Of a stretch of 64,000 nt of DNA, positions 57,784-64,000 are shown one piece after another. Position 1 is the first letter of the stretch. Each line of letters begins with the position of its first letter. Origin of the DNA: an uncultured delta proteobacterium (GTDB lineage: Bacteria; Myxococcota; Myxococcia; SLRQ01); assembly GCA_963727485.1 (NCBI GenBank), contig CAVSGM010000002.1, positions 1,632,001-1,696,000 on the forward strand, written 5' to 3'. The notes below the pieces were generated by a model that was not told where the DNA came from, ran no database searches, and saw only the letters and a list, made by a program, of their open reading frames with translations. Made by a program: the position numbers and the translations under genes.

Positions 57784-60256
57784 GTCTCCCCGGCCATCAG
57801 GCTGGGGCTCCGTTGAAGCCGACGACGCCGGGGACGCCCGCGGACGGCGAGCGGCAGGTCTCCCCGGCCATCAGGCTGGGGCTCCGTTGAAGCCAGGCTG
57901 CCGGCCGGTGGCCTGCCGGCGCCGCGTAGCGGTCTCCCCGGCCATCAGGCTGGGGCTCCGTTGAAGCGCGCCGAGCTCGCGCGGCATGACGATCCGGTCG
58001 ACGGCGCGTCTCCCCGGCCATCAGGCTGGGGCTCCGTTGAAGCCTCGTCGACGCGGCGTCGAGCGCCGGCGTCGAGGCCGGGTCTCCCCGGCCATCAGGC
58101 TGGGGCTCCGTTGAAGCCGCGCACTCCACGGCTGCGGCTCGACGGCGCCCGACTGTCTCCCCGGCCATCAGGCTGGGGCTCCGTTGAAGCACGGTGACCT
58201 GGCGCCGGTACGCTCGGCCTGAGCGCGCGTCTCCCCGGCCATCAGGCTGGGGCTCCGTTGAAGCCGCACCGCGTCGACGGCGCCGACGCTCGGCGCTCTG
58301 CGTGTCTCCCCGGCCATCAGGCTGGGGCTCCGTTGAAGCCGACCGTACCGCCGGCGCGACCGTGCCGACGTCGCGGCGTCTCCCCGGCCATCAGGCTGGG
58401 GCTCCGTTGAAGCGTCCCAGTCGGCAGCCGCCTGCCACGGTGCATGGCTCGTCTCCCCGGCCATCAGGCTGGGGCTCCGTTGAAGCGCCGTGACCGCGGG
58501 GCCGTCGAGCTCGCCGATGCCGCGTCTCCCCGGCCATCAGGCTGGGGCTCCGTTGAAGCCTGAGCTGCGGCCCGACGCATCGAGGCCGCCGGCGCCGTGT
58601 CTCCCCGGCCATCAGGCTGGGGCTCCGTTGAAGCACGGGCTCCGGCGCGTCCGCGGTCGCTCGATGCCGCGCGTCTCCCCGGCCATCAGGCTGGGGCTCC
58701 GTTGAAGCACTCGGAGCGTCCGAGCGGCCGCTCGCGTCCACCGGCGGCGTCTCCCCGGCCATCAGGCTGGGGCTCCGTTGAAGCGGCCGACTCGAGCGAG
58801 GCGCACGGTCGATCCGGCGCGCGTCTCCCCGGCCATCAGGCTGGGGCTCCGTTGAAGCAGTCAGCCCGGACGCGGCACGCCGCGACCGCGGCTCGGTCTC
58901 CCCGGCCATCAGGCTGGGGCTCCGTTGAAGCACGCTAGCGGCCCGGCGTCGACGCCGCGGCGTCGGCGCGTCTCCCCGGCCATCAGGCTGGGGCTCCGTT
59001 GAAGCGCGCCGTGGCCTGCCGCGGACGGCCGTCGCCGACGGCCGCGTCTCCCCGGCCATCAGGCTGGGGCTCCGTTGAAGCGCAGCCGGCCGGTCGACGC
59101 CTGGACGCCGGTGCTCTCGTCTCCCCGGCCATCAGGCTGGGGCTCCGTTGAAGCCGACCGTCGACGGCCCGCTGCACGGCCCGCGAGCGCCTGCGTCTCC
59201 CCGGCCATCAGGCTGGGGCTCCGTTGAAGCGTGACGCTGTCAGCTCGGCCCGGCTGTGCGCGCCGCAGGTCTCCCCGGCCATCAGGCTGGGGCTCCGTTG
59301 AAGCACGGCGTGCGCGCGACGGTCGCCGACGCCGTGCCGCCGCGTCTCCCCGGCCATCAGGCTGGGGCTCCGTTGAAGCGCGCCAGACGCCCGGCTGGCG
59401 TGCGGCCGGCGCGGCGCGGTCTCCCCGGCCATCAGGCTGGGGCTCCGTTGAAGCCCGCCAGCCGCTGCGCTCGCAGCGCGGTCGACCGGTCTCCCCGGCC
59501 ATCAGGCTGGGGCTCCGTTGAAGCCCGCGAGCGCGTGCGGCTCGCCGCGAGGTCGACCGGTCTCCCCGGCCATCAGGCTGGGGCTCCGTTGAAGCAGCCG
59601 ACCGGCGCGTCGGCCGCGGCCATCGACGCGTCGTCTCCCCGGCCATCAGGCTGGGGCTCCGTTGAAGCGACCGCGACGCAGCCGCGAGCGCGTGCCTCGG
59701 CGTCGGCGTCTCCCCGGCCATCAGGCTGGGGCTCCGTTGAAGCGCGGCGACGCTCGGCGCGGTCGCCGGCGCGGCGGACGTCTCCCCGGCCATCAGGCTG
59801 GGGCTCCGTTGAAGCGCGCCGCAGCTGCGCCGCTCGGCTCGCGGCGCCGGCAGCGTCTCCCCGGCCATCAGGCTGGGGCTCCGTTGAAGCGCGCCCGGCG
59901 GCGCGCGAGCCGACGACGTCACGCGCGGTCTCCCCGGCCATCAGGCTGGGGCTCCGTTGAAGCGGCCCGCGCGGCGACCTCGGCGGTCCGGGCCGCGTCG
60001 CGTCTCCCCGGCCATCAGGCTGGGGCTCCGTTGAAGCGCGCCAGGGCCGACGCCCCATCCACGCATCGGCGCGTCTCCCCGGCCATCAGGCTGGGGCTCC
60101 GTTGAAGCTCGTTCACCGCACTTCACACCCTCGATGGAGATCTCGGGTCTCCCCGGCCATCAGGCTGGGGCTCCGTTGAAGCGACCTCGCCGAAGGCGGT
60201 CCTCCTCGGCGAACCCGGGTGTCTCCCCGGCCATCAGGCTGGGGCTCCGTTGAAGC
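57784..60256 (+). CRISPR. CRISPR array: 34 identical 36-bp repeats GTCTCCCCGGCCATCAGGCTGGGGCTCCGTTGAAGC, 33 spacers of 34-40 nt
   Basis: Counted by eye; hairpin CCCCGGCC/GGCTGGGG; TTGAAGC end typical of type I-G. Confidence 0.98.
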
Positions 60257-60305
60257 GGGTTGAGGCCGACCGCGAGCGCCGGAAGCATCCCAGCTTCCTG
60301 TCCAG

Positions 60306-60337
60306 TGTCCCCATCCGGCACGCCCACCGCGCATCCT
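60306..60337 (+). promoter_or_regulatory. Putative WYL-responsive leaderless promoter, copy 3
   Basis: TGTC-cccatcc-GGCA-N11-CATCCT-6nt-ATG. Confidence 0.6.
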
Positions 60338-60343
60338 GATCCC

Positions 60344-61084
60344 ATGGAAACCCGCAACGCGCCCATCCGCCCCGTCCTCTTCGGCCTCGTCGGTCCCCGG
60401 GATCACGGTCGCGTCCTCGATCTCCTCCACGCCGTCGCCGCCCCCGACCACATCGTGGACCAGGCTCGGCGCGAGCTCCCTGGTCGCTCGATCGTCGCCT
60501 GGGCACCAAGGTCCTCGGGTCACCTCCTCGGCGTCGCTCTCGTGGCCCGACGCGGGGACACCGCCACTCTCCATTACCTGGCGACCCTAGCGGAAGGTCC
60601 CGCTCCACTCGACCTGGCCCGGGCCGTGCCGCTCTGGAACCAGCCCGTCGATGGCATCCACACCCTGATCGCCACGCCAGCCATCTCCTCGGCCGACCTC
60701 GGCGCTCGGTGGCGACCTGACCCGCGAGGCCACGTCTACCGGTTCGAGCCGGCCGACCGGGCCGTGCCCTGCGCCATCTGCGGCGTACCGCGCATTCGAA
60801 GCGGCGACGCTCGACGGCACCCAGGCCTCGTCTGCGACGACTGCGACGCCCGCGCCGTCGACGCCTGGGGCCAGGCACCGGGCGTCCTTCCCGACGGCGC
60901 CCGCATCCTCGTCCTCATCGATGGCGTTCGCTGCATCCGCCATCGCCGCTTCGGCTACCGGGTCACAAGCCTCTGCGCGCCACCGCCGAAGCCGGCTGCG
61001 TCCACCCGAGAGGATCCACCCCCTCGCCCCAGAACCGATCCCGCGGCGACGCCTCCACCAGCCGCGCGTACCCCGTGGCCGTGA
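60344..61084 (+). CDS. Hypothetical protein: GNAT-like N-terminal region plus C-terminal Zn-finger domain
   Basis: CAICG...HPGLVCDDCDARAVD...IDGVRC; GHLLGVALV..GDTATLHYLA. Confidence 0.65.
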   Translation: METRNAPIRPVLFGLVGPRDHGRVLDLLHAVAAPDHIVDQARRELPGRSIVAWAPRSSGHLLGVALVARRGDTATLHYLATLAEGPAPLDLARAVPLWNQPVDGIHTLIATPAISSADLGARWRPDPRGHVYRFEPADRAVPCAICGVPRIRSGDARRHPGLVCDDCDARAVDAWGQAPGVLPDGARILVLIDGVRCIRHRRFGYRVTSLCAPPPKPAASTREDPPPRPRTDPAATPPPAARTPWP

Positions 61085-61220
61085 GCCGCGTCGCCAGCAC
61101 CGGGTCGCTGAACTTCACCGCGAGCACCGCCCGCATCACGTCCACCCGGGTCACGTCCCAGTACCCCGGGCGCCTCCGTCGACCCCGTCGACCCCTGTTT
61201 GCAACGCTCGGAAGCTGAGC
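60963..61220 (-). pseudogene. C-terminal fragment of a NADAR (YbiA-like) protein
   Basis: WDVTRVDVMRAVLAVKFSDP.L..RL.ATG..RLVEASPRDRFWG; N-terminal half absent. Confidence 0.7.
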
Positions 61221-61290
61221 CACCCCCCGGCCCCCACACGGGAGCCAGGAGGGTGGACTCAGTCGCATCACGGCGTCGGTCGACCCGGCA

Positions 61291-61749
61291 CTACAGCGCG
61301 GCGAGCAGCCTGCCGATGGCAAGAAGGGCTGCCGCGCAGCCCACCAGGAGGATCAGCCCCGACACCACGCCAATCGGGTTGGGGCCTCTCGGGCCGCCCG
61401 GACCCCCGGCGGAGACGCCGGCCATGGTGCGGTAGGTCCTTGGCGCGGCGTAGGTGACGAGCCACCAGACCAGGGCCACCAGGACACCTGTCGCCTCCGG
61501 TCCAATGGTGGAGGGGTGTGGCGCGGCGCCGGAACGCAGCTGGAACACGGCGCAGCCCGCCTCCCAGAACAGCAGGGCCAGCCGGCTCCCCTGCGAGGTG
61601 CGCCAGTAGTCCTGGAGGATCGCCGTGATCACCTCGCCGAGGATGGTCACCGTGGCGGCGGACGCGCGGAAGCGCTCGAGGACGATGCGGCTGACCGACC
61701 TCCTGGTCCTGGCCGGAAGCGGGACGCCGCTCTGGGCGATGGCCGCCAT
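61291..61749 (-). CDS. Hypothetical membrane protein
   Basis: About 4 hydrophobic segments; TGATG coupling with the upstream gene. Confidence 0.55.
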   Translation of the reverse strand: MAAIAQSGVPLPARTRRSVSRIVLERFRASAATVTILGEVITAILQDYWRTSQGSRLALLFWEAGCAVFQLRSGAAPHPSTIGPEATGVLVALVWWLVTYAAPRTYRTMAGVSAGGPGGPRGPNPIGVVSGLILLVGCAAALLAIGRLLAAL

Positions 61750-62603
61750 CAGTTGGTCAGGCGCGTCTCCTCCCACCGCGCCGACATCACCTCGTCCAAT
61801 CCGTTCAGCTCGCCGAGTGCGCGCTGGAGCAGCGCCTCCGGGCTCTGGTCCACCGCGATGGGGCGCACGGAACCGTCCCGGCTCACCGCCAGCCGCAGGT
61901 CCGCCCCGAGGATCACCTCGACGTCCCAGTAGCGGTCCCGCGCGACCTGACGGACCACGTCGACCAGGGCCTCGAGGCGCGGCGCCGTGAGCCAATCACC
62001 GGCGTCCGGGGTCGGGTCGGGCACCCGGGCGAGGGTCGAGGTGGTCGAGGCCAGCGGGTCCACGTCACCCGGCACGAAGGCGACCTCGACGAAGAAGCCC
62101 TGCGACCCGTCGTACACCGCCAGCAGCGGGAGCTCGTCGTCGAGCTCGCGCTCGAGAGAGCGGAAGACCCTGGGCCCCACGTGGTCCTCGAAGGGGCCCA
62201 CCTCGCTGCGCGTGCCCGTGAGCCGGTCGAGCATCGCCAGCTGGCCCTCGGCGTCCACGATCCACACCCAGCGACGATCGAGACGTGCGGCCAGGGACTC
62301 GACGTCGACCGACTCCAGGGGGACCACCACCGCCGCCTCGGCGCGCGACCAGTCCTGGAACACCACGTCCAAGCCCACCACCGGCAGGGGCACGGCGTCC
62401 CAGATCGCCTCGGGGAGCGGCGGCGGATCGACGTACCATCGCCACCGATCCTCGCGGCCGGGAAGGGCGGTGAGCTCGCCGTAGCCAACGATGGCGAACG
62501 GGACACCGCGGCGGACGTCATCGAGCAGCCGGGGCGAGATGAGAAAGGAGGCACCCCGGGCGTGGGCGGGTGCCACCGGACGAATGTCGAAGGGCAGTAT
62601 CAT
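61749..62603 (-). CDS. Hypothetical protein
   Basis: 284-aa ORF with protein-like composition; no recognised motif. Confidence 0.6.
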   Translation of the reverse strand: MILPFDIRPVAPAHARGASFLISPRLLDDVRRGVPFAIVGYGELTALPGREDRWRWYVDPPPLPEAIWDAVPLPVVGLDVVFQDWSRAEAAVVVPLESVDVESLAARLDRRWVWIVDAEGQLAMLDRLTGTRSEVGPFEDHVGPRVFRSLERELDDELPLLAVYDGSQGFFVEVAFVPGDVDPLASTTSTLARVPDPTPDAGDWLTAPRLEALVDVVRQVARDRYWDVEVILGADLRLAVSRDGSVRPIAVDQSPEALLQRALGELNGLDEVMSARWEETRLTN

Positions 62604-62821
62604 CAGATGCGACTCCAGAGTTCAGAGCGTGAGAGGGAAACATCCCGTTCACCGGACACACGACCCTCCGTGAGGTCGAGTGCCCGCCGCGTACCGCCCG
62701 GGGGTTACGCGGCCGTGCTCTGGTCTGGGCGCATCGTGGGGACCCAAGGGGTCCCCGGTGGGGGAAGGGCTCGGCGGCCACCCTGGCGGGCGGGAATGAG
62801 CTCTTCGGGGGCAGCGGGGAT

Positions 62822-62856
62822 GTCCGACCGGCGCGTCATTGGTGCTCCATTGAACC
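62822..62856 (+). CRISPR. Solitary divergent CRISPR repeat-like unit
   Basis: gtccgaccggcgcgtcattggtgctccattgaacc; 14/17 match to the 3' end of the array repeat, GTC start, stem partly conserved. Confidence 0.55.
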
Positions 62857-63084
62857 TGGCTGGACCACCGTGCCTCGTCGGCCGGTTGGTGGGGTCACTC
62901 CCAGGTGAGTACCTCGACCCCGTCTCAATGGGACTCGCCTTCGTCCCGCGAGTGTCAGTGAATGTACGACATTTCCCTTCATGTGTCAAGATGAAAACCC
63001 GCCTCCGATACCCGGGGTGAACGCGGGTTTGGCGACGATGATAGGCTCGCCGGTGGCGATGTCGACCCCGGCGCCGCGCCACCC

Positions 63085-63116
63085 TGTCCCGATCTGTCAC
63101 ACCCGCGATCCATGCT
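63085..63116 (+). promoter_or_regulatory. Putative WYL-responsive leaderless promoter, copy 4
   Basis: TGTC-ccgatct-GTCA-N11-CATGCT-7nt-GTG. Confidence 0.6.
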
Positions 63117-63123
63117 CGCGGTC

Positions 63124-63390
63124 GTGGCAGGCACGACCCATCCCCGGCGGCATCAGGGAGACCAGCCGGCCCGCTGCGCCATCTGCCGCCGCCGGGTCTC
63201 CCGGCGGTTCGCCCGCCAGTACCCGGGCCTCCTCTGCGCCGCCTGCGACGCCCGCGCCGTCGACCGCCGCCACCGGACGCCGGTGGTCCTCGACGACCAC
63301 GAGACCCAGACCGTCTTCGTCGACGGCCTCCGCTGCGCCCGCTACCACCTCTTCGGCGGCTGGGTGACCCTGCGCACCCACCGGCGGTAA
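63124..63390 (+). CDS. Small Zn-finger protein (paralog of the 60344 C-terminal domain)
   Basis: CAIC...YPGLLCAACDARAVD...FVDGLRC...FGG. Confidence 0.7.
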   Translation: MAGTTHPRRHQGDQPARCAICRRRVSRRFARQYPGLLCAACDARAVDRRHRTPVVLDDHETQTVFVDGLRCARYHLFGGWVTLRTHRR

Positions 63391-63402
63391 CCTCGCCGCC
63401 CC

Positions 63403-63931
63403 ATGCCCCGCCCCCCGCGCCAGAGCTTCGTCGCCCTCGACTTCGAGACCGCCGACAACGGTCGCGACTCCGCCTGCGCCGTGGCCCTCGTCCGCGTCGA
63501 CGCCGGCCGCATCACCCGCCGCGCCGTGCGCCTCATCCGCCCCCCGCGCACCCGGTTCCTGTTCACCGGCATCCACGGCATCCGCTGGACCGACGTCGCC
63601 GCCGAGCCCGACTTCGCCGGCGTGTGGCCCGATCTCGCCCCGCTCCTCGAGGGCGCCGGCTTCCTCGCCGCCCACAACGCGCCCTTCGATTCGGAGCGTG
63701 CTGCGCACCTGCTGCGAGCGCGCCGGCCTCGCGCCCCCGGCGCTCCCCTTCGTGTGCACCGTCCAGCTCGCCCGGCGCACCTGGGACTTCCCCAACAACC
63801 GCCTCGACACCGTGGCCCGGTACCTGGACATCCCCCTCGTCCACCACGACCCGGCCTCCGACGCCGAGGCCTGCGCGCGCATCGTCCTCGCCGGCTGGGA
63901 GGCCGGCGCCCTGGGGCCGGCGGCACCTTGA
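63403..63931 (+). CDS. DEDDh 3'-5' exonuclease (DnaQ-like), frameshift near 63695
   Basis: ALDFETA, IHGI, AHNAPFD, CT, HHDPASDAEAC. Confidence 0.9.
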
Positions 63932-64000
63932 CACGCGGGGGGCCCGGTAGCAGTTGTGACCCAACTCCGCCGGCCCCGCCGGCCCACCCCCATTAGAGAA

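Noticed and set aside
57620..60366. ORFs with LQRSPSLMAGET / ASTEPQPDGRGD repeats
   Set aside because: These are translations of the CRISPR array.

Overview
Very GC-rich bacterial chromosome segment, probably Myxococcota (MYXO-CTERM sorting signal, PilZ/MshEN proteins, Ser/Thr kinase, Cys-rich FG-GAP lipoproteins). Single-base frameshifts are scattered throughout, even in purF and the proV start, so most are probably long-read errors. Left to right: (1) a lipid/polyketide locus with PPTase, a KS-AT-ACP-KR-DH PKS ending in a PLP alpha-oxoamine synthase, a fatty acyl-AMP ligase, a 4-His membrane protein and a ceramidase-like gene; (2) housekeeping and signalling genes (purF, DedA plus disulfide oxidoreductase, PilZ, pseudokinase, lipase, glycine-betaine ABC transporter with porin, gpmA, MinD-like ATPase, GST); (3) a rearranged duplication with FG-GAP lipoproteins and a chimeric GST; (4) a WYL regulator, a type I-G (I-U) CRISPR-Cas locus with a lower-GC effector block, a 34-repeat array, and downstream Zn-finger, NADAR-remnant and DEDDh exonuclease genes. 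Main unannotated signals: a four-copy promoter motif (TGTC-N7-GDCA-N11-[C/G]ANNNT) before the WYL gene, cas4/1 and both Zn-finger genes, suggesting a WYL regulon; a solitary divergent CRISPR repeat with compensatory stem changes 2.6 kb beyond the array; and spacers 1-31 with no AA/TT dinucleotides, probably an artefact.
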